Assembly (NCBI RefSeq): GCF_009914755.1
Contig: NC_060933.1
Reading direction: 5' to 3' (one strand)
Origin: the human T2T-CHM13v2.0 reference genome, Homo sapiens
Length of the DNA stretch: 64,000 nt
The notes under the pieces were generated by a model. It did not search any database and was not told where the DNA came from. It was given only the letters and a program-made list of their open reading frames with translations. Positions 1 to 12,600 of this stretch are shown here, one piece after another (the stretch's first letter is position 1; every line of letters starts with the position of its first letter). The position numbers and the translations under genes were made by a program.

Positions 1-45
1 TGGAATGGAATGGAATGGAATGGAATGGAATGGAATGGAATCAAC

Positions 46-59
46 TCGATTGCAATCGA
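46..59. repeat. Recurrent perfect 14-bp palindrome TCGATTGCAATCGA (representative copy)
   Basis: Self-complementary; part of the CAACTCGATTGCAATCGAATGG module repeated on both arms. An 18-bp version lies at 22227-22244 and 46036-46053. Confidence 0.9.
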
Positions 60-266
60 ATGGAATGGAATGGATTTAACCCGAATAGAATTGAATGGAA
101 TGGAATGGAACGGAACGGAACAGAATGGAATGGAATGGAATGGAATGGAATGGAATGGAATGGAATGGAACGGAAAGGAATGGAATGGAATGGAATGGAA
201 TGTAATGGAATGGAATGGAATCAACGCGAGTGCAGGGGAATGGAATGGAATGGAATGCAATGGAAT

Positions 267-281
267 GGAATCTTCCGGAAT
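267..281 (+). promoter_or_regulatory. Perfect three-unit heat shock element (nGAAn nTTCn nGAAn); first of about 28 copies on the left arm
   Basis: gGAAt cTTCc gGAAt. Other starts read by eye: 1749, 3491, 4983, 5697, 7164, 8906, 10313, 10537, 13156, 17295, 18093, 18881, 19724, 22824, 24902, 27338, 27786, 28799, 29642, 32663, 34289, 34972, 36810, 38267, 39150, 40567, 40791. The motif match is direct; HSF1 occupancy is inferred. Confidence 0.7.
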
Positions 282-320
282 GGACTGGAATGGAATGGAA
301 TGGAATGGAATGGAATGGAA

Positions 321-612
321 TAAACCCGAGTGCAATGGAATGGAGTGGAATGGAATGGAATGGAATGGAACAGCCCGAATGGAAAGGAATGTAATGGAGA
401 GTAAGGGAGTTGAATAGAATCAATCCGAATGTAATGGAATGGAATGCAACGGAATGGAATTGAATGGAATGGAATGGAATGCAATGGAATGGAATCAACC
501 CGAGTGCAATGGAATGGAGAGGAATGGAATGGAATGGAATGGAAACTACCCGAATGGAATGGAATGGAATGGAGTGTAAGGGAATTGAATAGAATCAATC
601 CGAATGTAATGG
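321..612 (+). repeat. Ancient dimeric cassette of about 175 bp (GAGAGTAAGGGAGTTG / GAGTGTAAGGGAATTG variants), representative copy
   Basis: GTAAGGGA at 401 and 576, each followed by TTGAATAGAATCAATCCGAATGTAAT; the A-then-B pair recurs through the window. Confidence 0.8.
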
Positions 613-3600
613 AATGGAATGGAATGCAATGGAATGGAATGCAATGGAATGGAATCAACCCGAGTGCAATCGAATGGAATCGAATGGAATGGAATGCAAT
701 GGAATGGATTCAACTTGAATGGAATGGAAAGAATGGAATCAACACGAGTGGAAGGGCATGGATTACAATGCAATGGAATGGAATCAACCCGAGTACAGGG
801 GAATGGAATGGAATGGAATGCAATGGAATGGAATCAACACGATTGCAATCGAATGGAATGGAATGGAATTAACCCGAATAGAATGGAATGGAATGGAATG
901 GAACGGAACGGAATGGAATGCAATGGAATCAACCCGAGTGCAGGGGAATGGAATGGAATGGAATGCAATGGAATGGAATCATCCGGAATGGAATGGAATG
1001 GAATGGAATGCAAAGCAATGGAATCAACTCGATTGCAATGGAATGGAATGGAATGGAAAGGAATACATTGGAATCAACCCGAGTGGAATGGAATGGAAAG
1101 GACTGGAACGGAGTGGAATGTAATGGAATGGAATGGAATGGAATCAACTCGATTGGAATGGAATGGAATGGAATGGAATGGAATGGAATGGAATTAACCC
1201 GAATAGAATGGAATGGAATGGAATGGAACGGAACGGAACGGAATGGAATGGAATGGAATGGAATGGAATGGAATGGAATGGAATCAACCCGACTGCAGGG
1301 GAATGGAATGGAATGGAATGCAATGGAATGGATTCAACTTGAATGGAATGGAAAGAATGGAATCAACACGAGTGGAATGGCATGGATTGGAATGGAATGG
1401 AATGGAATCAACCCGAGTACAGGGGAATGGAATGGAATGGAATGCAATGGAATGGAATCATCCGTAATGGAATGGAAAGGAATGGAATGGAATGGAATGG
1501 AATGGAATGGAATGGAATCAATTCGATTGCAGTCGAATGGAATGGAATGGAATTAACCCGAATAGAATGGAATGGAATGGAATGGAACGGAACGGAACGG
1601 AACGGAACGGAATGGAATGGAATGGAATGGAATGGAATGGAATGGAACGGAAAGGAATGGAATGGAATGGAATGGAATGGAATGGAATGGAATGGAATGG
1701 AATCAACGCGAGTGCAGGGGAATGGAATGGAATGGAATGCAATGGAATGGAATCTTCCGGAATGGAATGGAATGGAATGGAATGGAATGGAATGGAATGG
1801 AATAAACCCGAGTGCAATGGAATGGAGTGGAATGGAATGGAATGGAATGGAACAACCCGAATGGAATGGAATGTAATGGAGAGTAAGGGAGTTGAATAGA
1901 ATCAATCCGAATGTAATGGAATGGAATGGAAAGGAATCGAGTTGAATGGAATGGAATGGAATGCAATGGAATGGAATCAACCCGAGTGCAATGGAATGGA
2001 GAGGAATGGAATGGAATGGAATGGAAACTACCCGAATGGAATCGAATGTAATGGAGTGTAAGGGAATTGAATAGAATCGATCCGAATGTAATGGAATGGA
2101 ATGGAACGGAACGGAATGGAATGGAATGGAATGGAATGGAATGGAATGGAATGGAATGCAATGGAATGGAATCAACCCGAGTGCAATCGAATGGAATCGA
2201 ATGGAATGGAATGCAATGGAATGGATTCAACTTGAATGGAATGGAAAGAATGGAATCAACACGAGTGGAAGGGCATGGATTGGAATGCAATGGAATGGAA
2301 TCAACCTGAGTACAGGGGAATGGAATGGAATGGAATGCAATGGAATGGAATCATCCGTAATGGAATGGAAAGGAATGGAATGGAATGGAATGGAATGGAA
2401 TGGAATGGAATGGAATCGTTCCGAGTGGAATAGGAGGGAATGTATTCGAGTGGAATGGAAAGGAATGGAATGAACCAGAGTGGAATGGAAGGGAATGGAA
2501 TGGAATGGAAACTAATAGAATGGAATCAACCCGAGTGGAATGGAATGGAAAGGACTGGAATGGAATGGAACGGAATGGAATCAACTCGATTGTAATGGAA
2601 TGGAATGGAATGGAATGGAATGGAATGGAATTAACCCGAATACAATGGAATGGAATGGAATGGAACGGAATGGAGTGGAATGGAATGGAATCAACCCGAG
2701 TGCAGGGGAATGGAATGGAATGGAATGCAATGGAATGGAATCATCCGGAATGGAATGGAATGGAATGGAATGCAAAGCAATGGAATCAACTCGATTGCAA
2801 TGGAATGGAATGGAATGGAAAGGAATACATTGGAATCAACCCGAGTGGAATGGAATGGAAAGGACTGGAATGGAGTGGAATGGAATGGAATGGAATGGAA
2901 TGGAATCAACTCGATTGGAATGGAATGGAATGGAATGGAATGGAATGGAATTAACCCGAATAGAATGGAATGGAATGGAATGGAACGGAACGGAATGGAA
3001 TGGAATGGAATGGAATGGAATGGAATGGAATGGAATGGAATGGAATCAACCCGACTGCAGGGGAATGGAATGGAATGGAATGCAATGGAATGGATTCAAC
3101 TTGAATGGAATGGAAAGAATGGAATCAACACGAGTGGAATGGCATGGATTGGAATGGAATGGAATGGAATGAACCCGAGGACAGGGGAATGGAATGGAAT
3201 GGAATGCAATGGAATGGAATCATCCGGAATGGAATGGAATGGAATGGAATGGAATGGAATGGAATGGAATGGAATCAACTCGATTGCAATCGAATGGAAT
3301 GGAATGGAATTAACCCGAATAGAATGGAATGGAATGGAATGGAACGGAACGGAACAGAATGGAATGGAATGGAATGGAATGGAATGGAATGGAATGGAAT
3401 GGAAAGGAATGGAATGGAATGGAATGGAATGGAATGGAATGGAATCAACGCGAGTGCAGGGGAATGGAATGGAATGGAATGCAATGGAATGGAATCTTCC
3501 GGAATGGAATGGAATGGAATGGAATGGAATGGAATGGAATGGAATGGAATGGAATAAACCCGAGTGCAATGGAATGGAGTGGAATGGAATGGAATGGAAT

Positions 3601-6600
3601 GGAACAGCCCGAATGGAATGGAATGTAATGGAGAGTAAGGGAGTTGAATAGAATCAATCCGAATGTAATGGAATGGAATGGAACGGAATGGAATTGAATG
3701 GAATGGAATGGAATGCAATGGAATGGAATCAACCCGAGTGCAATGGAATGGAGAGGAATGGAATGGAATGGAATGGAAACTACCCGAATGGAATGGAATG
3801 TAATGGAGTGTAAGGGAATTGAATAGAATCAATCCGAATGTAATGGAATGGAATGGAATGGAATGGAATGCAATGGAATGGAATCAACCCGAGTGCAATC
3901 GAATGGAATCGAATGGAATGGAATGCAATGGAATGGATTCAACTTGAATGGAATGGAATGAATGGAATCAACACGAGTGGAAGGGCATGGATTAGAATGC
4001 AATGGAATGGAATCAACCCGAGTACAGGGGAATGGAATGGAAAGGAATGCAATGGAATGGAATCAACACGATTGCAATCGAATGGAATGGAATGGAATTA
4101 ACCCGAATAGAATGGAATGGAATGGAATGGAACGGAACGGAATGGAATGGAATGGAATCAACCCGAGTGCAGGGGAATGGAATGGAATGGAATGCAATGG
4201 AATGGAATCATCCGGAATGGAATGGAATGGAATGGAATGCAAAGCAATGGAATCAACTCGATTGCAATGGAATGGAATGGAATGGAAAGGAATACATTGG
4301 AATCAACCCGAGTGGAATGGAATGGAAAGGACTGGAACGGAGTGGAATGTAATGGAATGGAATGGAATGGAATCAACTCGATTGGAATGGAATGGAATGG
4401 AATGGAATGGAATGGAATGGAATGGAATTAACCCGAATAGAATGGAATGGAATGGAATGGAACGGAACGGAACGGAATGGAATGGAATGGAATGGAATGG
4501 AATGGAATGGAATGGAATCAACCCGACTGCAGGGGAATGGAATGGAATGGAATGCAATGGAATGGATTCAACTTGAATGGAATGGAAAGAATGGAATCAA
4601 CACGAGTGGAATGGCATGGATTGGAATGGAATGGAATGGAATCACCCCGAGTACAGGGGAATGGAATGGAATGGAATGCAATGGAATGGTATCATCCGTA
4701 ATGGAATGGAAAGGAATGGAATGGAATAGAATGGAATGGAATGGAATGGAATCAACTCGATTTCAGTCGAATGGAATGGAATGGAACTAACCCGAGTAGA
4801 ATGGAATGGAATGGAATGGAACGGAACGGAACGGAACGGAACGGAATGGAATGGAATGGAATGGAATGGAATGGAATGGAACGGAAAGGAATGGAATGGA
4901 ATGGAATGGAATGGAATGGAATGGAATGGAATGGAATCAACGCGAGTGCAGGGGAATGGAATGGAATGGAATGCAATGGAATGGAATCTTCCGGAATGGA
5001 ATGGAATGGAATGGAATGGAATGGAATGGAATGGAATAAACCCGAGTGCAATGGAATGGAGTGGAATGGAATGGAATGGAATGGAACAACCCGAATGGAA
5101 TGGAATGTAATGGAGAGTAAGGGAGTTGAATAGAATCAATCCGAATGTAATGGAATGGAATGGAAAGGAATCGAGTTGAATGGAATGGAATGGAATGCAA
5201 TGGAATGGAATCAACCCGAGTGCAATGGAATGGAGAGGAATGGAATGGAATGGAATGGAAACTACCCGAATGGAATGGAATGTAATGGAGTGTAAGGGAA
5301 TTGAATAGAATCGATCCGAATGTAATGGAATGGAATGGAACGGAACGGAATGGAATGGAATGGAATGGAATACATTGGAATCAACCCGAGTGGAATGGAA
5401 TGGAAAGGACTGGAATGGAGTGGAATGGAATGGAATGGAATGGAATGGAATGGAATCAACTCGATTGGAATGGAATGGAATGGAATGGAATGGAATGGAA
5501 TTAACCCGAATAGAATGGAATGTAATGGAATGGAACGGAACGGAACAGAATGGAATGGAATGGAATGGAATGGAATGGAATGGAATGGAATGGAATGGAA
5601 CGGAAAGGAATGGAATGGAATGGAATGGAATGGAATGGAATGGAATGGAATCAACGCGAGTGCAGGGGAATGGAATGGAATGGAATGCAATGGAATGGAA
5701 TCTTCCGGAATGGAATGGAATGGAATGGAATGGAATGGAATGGAATGGAATAAACCCGAGTGCAATGGAATGGAGTGGAATGGAATGGAATGGAATGGAA
5801 CAGCCCGAATGGAAAGGAACGTAATGGAGAGTAAGGGAGTTGAATAGAATCAATCCGAATGTAATGGAATGGAATGGAACGGAATGGAATTGAATGGAAT
5901 GGAATGGAATGCAATGGAATGGAATCAACCCGAGTGCAATGGAATGGAGAGGAATGGAATGGAATGGAATGGAAACTACCCGAATGGAATGGAATGTTAG
6001 GGAGTGTAAGGGAATTGAATAGAATCAATCCGAATGTAATGGAATGGAATGGAATGGAATGGAATGGAATGCAATGGAATGGAATCAACCCGAGTGCAAT
6101 CGAATGGAATCGAATGGAATGGAATGCAATGGAATGGATTCAACTTGAATGGAATGGAAAGAATGGAATCAACACGAGTGGAAGGGCATGGATTAGAATG
6201 CAATGGAATGGAATCAACCCGAGTACAGGGGAATGGAATGGAATGGAATGCAATGGAATGGAATCAACACGATTGCAATCGAATGGAATGGAATGGAATT
6301 AACCCGAATAGAATGGAATGGAATGGAATGGAACGGAACGGAATGGAATGGAATGGAATCAACCCGAGTGCAGGGGAATAGAATGGAATGGAATGCAATG
6401 GAATGGAATCATCCGGAATGGAATGGAATGGAATGGAATGCAAAGCAATGGAATCAACTCGATTGCAATGGAATGGAATGGAATGGAAAGGAATACATTG
6501 GAATCAACCCGAGTGGAATGGAATGGAAAGGACTGGAACGGAGTGGAATGTAATGGAATGGAATGGAATGGAATCAACTCGATTGGAATGGAATGGAATG

Positions 6601-9600
6601 GAATGGAATGGAATGGAATGGAATTAACCCGAATAGAATGGAATGGAATGGAATGGAACGGAACGGAACGGAACGGAATGGAATGGAATGGAATGGAATG
6701 GAATGGAATCAACCCGACTGCAGGGGAATGGAATGGAATGGAATGCAATGGAATGGATTCAACTTGAATGGAATGGAAAGAATGGAATCAACACGAGTGG
6801 AATGGCATGGATTGGAATGGAATGGAATGGAATCAACCCGAGTACAGGGGAATGGAATGGAATGGAATGCAATGGAATGGAATCATCCGTAATGGAATGG
6901 AAAGGAATGGAATGGAATGGAATGGAATGGAATGGAATGGAATCAACTCGATTGCAGTCGAATGGAATGGAATGGAATTAACCCGAATAGAATGGAATGG
7001 AATGGAACGGAACGGAACGGAACGGAACGGAATGGAATGGAATGGAATGGAATGGAATGGAACGGAAAGGAATGGAATGGAATGGAATGGAATGGAATGG
7101 AATGGAATGGAATGGAATCAACGCGAGTGCAGGGGAATGGAATGGAATGGAATGCAATGGAATGGAATCTTCCGGAATGGAATGGAATGGAATGGAATGG
7201 AATGGAATGGAATGGAATAAACCCGAGTGCAATGGAATGGAGTGGAATGGAATGGAATGGAATGGAACAACCCGAATGGAATGGAATGTAATGGAGAGTA
7301 AGGGAGTTGAATAGAATCAATCCGAATGTAATGGAATGGAATGGAAAGGAATCGAGTTGAATGGAATGGAATGGAATGCAATGGAATGGAATCAACCCGA
7401 GTGCAATGGAATGGAGAGGAATGGAATGGAATGGAATGGAAACTACCCGAATGGAATGGAATGTAATGGAGTGTAAGGGAATTGAATAGAATCGATCCGA
7501 ATGTAATGGAATGGAATGGAACGGAACGGAACGGAATGGAATGGAATGGAATGGAATGGAATGGAATGGAATGGAATGCAATGGAATGGAATCAACCCGA
7601 GTGCAATCGAATGGAATCGAATGGAATGGAATGCAATGGAATGGATTCAACTTGAATGGAATGGAAAGAATGGAATCAACACGAGTGGAAGGGCATGGAT
7701 TGGAATGCAATGGAATGGAATCAACCTGAGTACAGGGGAATGGAATGGAATGGAATGCAATGGAATGGAATCATCCGTAATGGAATGGAAAGGAATGGAA
7801 TGGAATGGAATGGAATGGAATGGAATGGAATGGAATCATTCCGAGTGGAATAGGAGGGAATGTATTCGAGTGGAATGGAAAGGAATGGAATCAACCAGAG
7901 TGGAATGGAAGGGAATGGAATGGAATGGAAACTAATAGAATGGAATCAACCCGAGTGGAATGGAATGGAAAGGACTGGAATGGAATGGAACGGAATGGAA
8001 TCAACTCGATTGTAATGGAATGGAATGGAATGGAATGGAATGGAATGGAATTAACCCGAATACAATGGAATGGAATGGAATGGAACGGAATGGAGTGGAA
8101 TGGAATGGAATCAACCCGAGTGCAGGGGAATGGAATGGAATGGAATGCAATGGAATGGAATCATCCGGAATGGAATGGAATGGAATGGAATGCAAAGCAA
8201 TGGAATCAACTCGATTGCAATGGAATGGAATGGAATGGAAAGGAATACATTGGAATCAACCCGAGTGGAATGGAATGGAAAGGACTGGAATGGAGTGGAA
8301 TGGAATGGAATGGAATGGAATGGAATCAACTCGATTGGAATGGAATGGAATGGAATGGAATGGAATGGAATTAACCCGAATAGAATGGAATGGAATGGAA
8401 TGGAACGGAACGGAACGGAATGGAATGGAATGGAATGGAATGGAATGGAATGGAATGGAATCAACCCGACTGCAGGGGAATGGAATGGAATGGAATGCAA
8501 TGGAATGGATTCAACTTGAATGGAATGGAAAGAATGGAATCAACACGAGTGGAATGGCATGGATTGGAATGGAATGGAATGGAATGAACCCGAGTACAGG
8601 GGAATGGAATGGAATGGAATGCAATGGAATGGAATCATCCGGAATGGAATGGAATGGAATGGAATGGAATGGAATGGAATGGAATGGAATCAACTCGATT
8701 GCAATCGAATGGAATGGAATGGAATTAACCCGAATAGAATGGAATGGAATGGAATGGAACGGAACGGAACAGAATGGAATGGAATGGAATGGAATGGAAT
8801 GGAATGGAACGGAAAGGAATGGAATGGAATGGAATGGAATGGAATGGAATGGAATGGAATCAACGCGAGTGCAGGGGAATGGAATGGAATGGAATGCAAT
8901 GGAATGGAATCTTCCGGAATGGAATGGAATGGAATGGAATGGAATGGAATGGAATGGAATGGAATAAACCCGAGTGCAATGGAATGGAGTGGAATGGAAT
9001 GGAATGGAATGGAACAGCCCGAATGGAATGGAATGTAATGGAGAGTAAGGGAGTTGAATAGAATCAATCCGAATGTAATGGAATGGAATGGAACGGAATG
9101 GAATTGAATGGAATGGAATGGAATGCAATGGAATGGAATCAACCCGAGTGCAATGGAATGGAGAGGAATGGAATGGAATGGAATGGAAACTACCCGAATG
9201 GAATGGAATGTAATGGAGTGTAAGGGAATTGAATAGAATCAATCCGAATGTAATGGAATGGAATGGAATGGAATGGAATGCAATGGAATGGAATCACCCC
9301 GAGTGCAATCGAATGGAATCGAATGGAATGGAATGCAATGGAATGGATTCAACTTGAATGGAATGGAAAGAATGGAATCAACACGAGTGGAATGGCATGG
9401 ATTGGAATGGAATGGAATGGAATCAACCCGAGTACAGGGGAATGGAATGGAATGGAATGCAATGGAATGGAATCATCCGTAATGGAATGGAAAGGAATGG
9501 AATGGAATGGAATGGAATGGAATGGAATGGAATGGAATCAACCCGAGTGCAGGGGAATGGAATGGAATGCAATGGAATGGAATGGAATGGAATGGAGTGG

Positions 9601-12600
9601 AATGGAATGGAATCAACCCGAGTGCAGGGGAATGGAATGGAATGGAATGCAATGGAATGGAATCATCCGGAATGGAATGGAATGGAATGGAATGCAAAGC
9701 AATGGAATCAACTCGATTGCAATGGAATGGAATGGAATGGAAAGGAATACATTGGAATCAACCCGAGTTGAATGGAATGGATAGGACTGGAATGGAGTGG
9801 AATGGAATGGAATGCAATGGAATGGAATGGAATGGAATCAACTTGATTGGAATGGAATGGAATGGAATGGAATGGAATGGAATGGAATCAACCCGACTGC
9901 AGGGGAATGGAATGGAATGGAATGCAATGGAATGGATTCAACTTGAATGGAATGGAAAGAATGGAATCAACACGAGTGGAATGGCATGGATTGGAATGGA
10001 ATGGAATGGAATCAACCCGAGTACAGGGGAATGGAATGGAATGGAATGCAATGGAATGGAATCAACCGTAATGGAATGGAAAGGAATGGAATGGAATGGA
10101 ATGGAATGGAATGGAATCAACTCGATTGCAATCGAATGTAATGGAATGGAATTAACCCGAATAGAATGGAATGGAATGGAATGGAACGGAACGGAATGGA
10201 ATGGAATGGAATGGAATGGAATGGAACGGAACGGAATGGAATGGAATGGAATGGAATGGAATGGAATCAACGCGAGTGCAGGGGAATGGAATGGAATGGA
10301 ATGAAATGGAATGGAATCTTCCGGAATGGAATGGAATTGAATGGAATGGAATGCAATGGTATAGAATAAACCCGAGTGCAATGGAATGGAGTGGAATGGA
10401 ATGGAATGGAATGGAACAACCCGAATGGAATGGAATGTAATGGAGACTAAGGGAGTTGAATAGAATCAATCCAAATGTAATGGAATGGAATGGAACGGAA
10501 TGGAATTGAATGGAATGGAATGGAATGCAATGGAATGGAAACTTCCGGAATGGAATGGAATGGAATGGAATGGAATGAAATGCAATGGATTCAACTCGAT
10601 TGCAATGGAATGGAATAGAACGGAATGGAATGGAATGGAATGGAACTAATCCGAATAGAATGGAATGGAATGGAATGGGATTAACCTGAATAGAATGGAA
10701 TGGAATGGAATGGAACGGAATGGAACGGAATGGAATGGAATGCAATGGAATGGAATGGAACGGAATGGAATGGTATGGAATGGAATGGAATGGTACGGAA
10801 TAGAATGGAATGGAACGAATTGTAATGGAATGGAATTGAATGGAACGGAATGGAATGGAATGGAATCAACGTGAGCGCAGGGGAATGTAATGGAACGGAA
10901 TGCAATGGAATGGAATCATCCGGAATGGAATGGAATGGAATGGAATGGAATGGAATGGAATGGAATGGAACAACCCGAATGGAATGGAATATAATGGAGA
11001 GTAAGGGAGTTGAATAGAATCAATCGGAATGTAATGGAATGGAATGCAACGGAATGGAATGGAATGGAATGGAATGGAATGGAATGCAAAGGAATGGAAT
11101 CAACCCGAGTGGAATGGCATGGAATGGAATGCAATGGAATGGAATGGAATGGTATCAACTCGAGTAGAAAGGAATGGAATGGAATGGAAAGGAATGGAAT
11201 GAAATCAACTCGAGTGGAATGGAATGGAATGGATTGGAATGGATTGCAATGGAATGAAATGGAATGGAATGGAATGGAATCAATCATTCCGAGTGGAATG
11301 GAAGGGAATGTAAAGGAGTGGAAAGAAGGGAATGGAATCAACCCGATTGGAATGCAAGGCAATGGAATGGAATGGAAAGGAATGGAATGGAATCAACTCG
11401 ATTGCAATGGAATGGAATGGAATGGAATGGAATGGAATGGAATGGAATGGAATGGAATGGAATTAACCGGAATAGAATGGAATGCAATGGAATGGAACGG
11501 AATGGAATGGAATAGAAGGTAATGGAATCAACACGAGTGCAGGGGAATGGAATGGAATGGAATGCAATGGAATGAAATCATCCGGAATGGAATGGAATGG
11601 AATGGAATCAACTCCATTGCAATGGAATGGAATGGAATGGAATGGAATATAATGGAATGGAATTAACCCGAATAGAATGGAATGCAATAGAATGGAACGG
11701 AACGGAACCGAATGGAGTGGAATGGAATGGAATGGAATCAACCTGAGTGCAGGGGAATGGAATGGAATGGAATGCAATGGAATGGAATCATCCGGAAAGG
11801 AATGGAATGGAATGGAACGGAATGGAATCAAACCAAGTGCAATGGAATGGAGTGAAATGGATTGGAATGGAATGGAAACAACCAGAATGGATGGGAATAT
11901 AATGGAGTGTTAGGGAATTGAATAGAATCAATCTGAATGTAATGAAATGGAATGGAACGGAATGGAATGGAATGGAATGGAATGGAATGGAATGGAATGG
12001 AATGGAATCAACTGGAGTGGAATGGCATGGAATGGAATGCAATGGAATGGAATGGAATGGAATGGAATAGTTCGAAATAGAATGGATTGGAACAAAATGG
12101 AATGGAATGGAATGAAATGGAATGGAATCAAGTCGATTGCAGTGGAATAGAATGGAATGGAATGGAACGGATTGGAATGGAATGGAATGGAATGGAATGG
12201 AATTAAATGGAATGGAAAGGAATGGAATCAACCCGAGTGCAGGGGAAAGGAATGGAATGGATTGCAATGGAATGGAATGGAATGGAATGGAATGGAATGG
12301 AATCCACCCGAGTGGAATGGCATGGAATGGAATGCAAAGGAATGGAATGGAATGGAATCAACTCGAGTGGAAAGGAATGGAATGGAATGGAAAGGAATGG
12401 AATGAAATCAACTCGAGTGGAATGGAATATAATGGAATGGATTGGAATGGATTGCAATGGAATGAAATGGAATGGAATGGAATGGAATCAATCATTCCAA
12501 GTGGAATGGAAGGGAATGTAATGGAGTGGAAAGAAGGGAATGGAATCAACCCGAGTGGAATGCAGGGCAATGGAATGGAATGGAAAGGAATGGAATGGAA

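Larger units (their letters stand above)
1..9260 (+). repeat. Local tandem higher-order repeat: unit of about 3.23 kb, with a 5.43-kb super-period
   Basis: GGAACAGCCCG at about 367, 3601, 5797, 9011; GGAAAGGAATCGAGTTG at about 1928, 5162, 7343; paired ORF offsets of about 3230 (1572/4806) and 5420-5430 (444/5874, 2385/7805). Confidence 0.85.

Noticed and set aside
397-432. DUX4 site or G-quadruplex in GAGAGTAAGGGAGTTGAATAGAATCAATCC and CAGGGG
   Set aside because: GAATAGAATCA departs from TAAYYYAATCA at several positions, and runs of three or more G are too far apart for a canonical G4.
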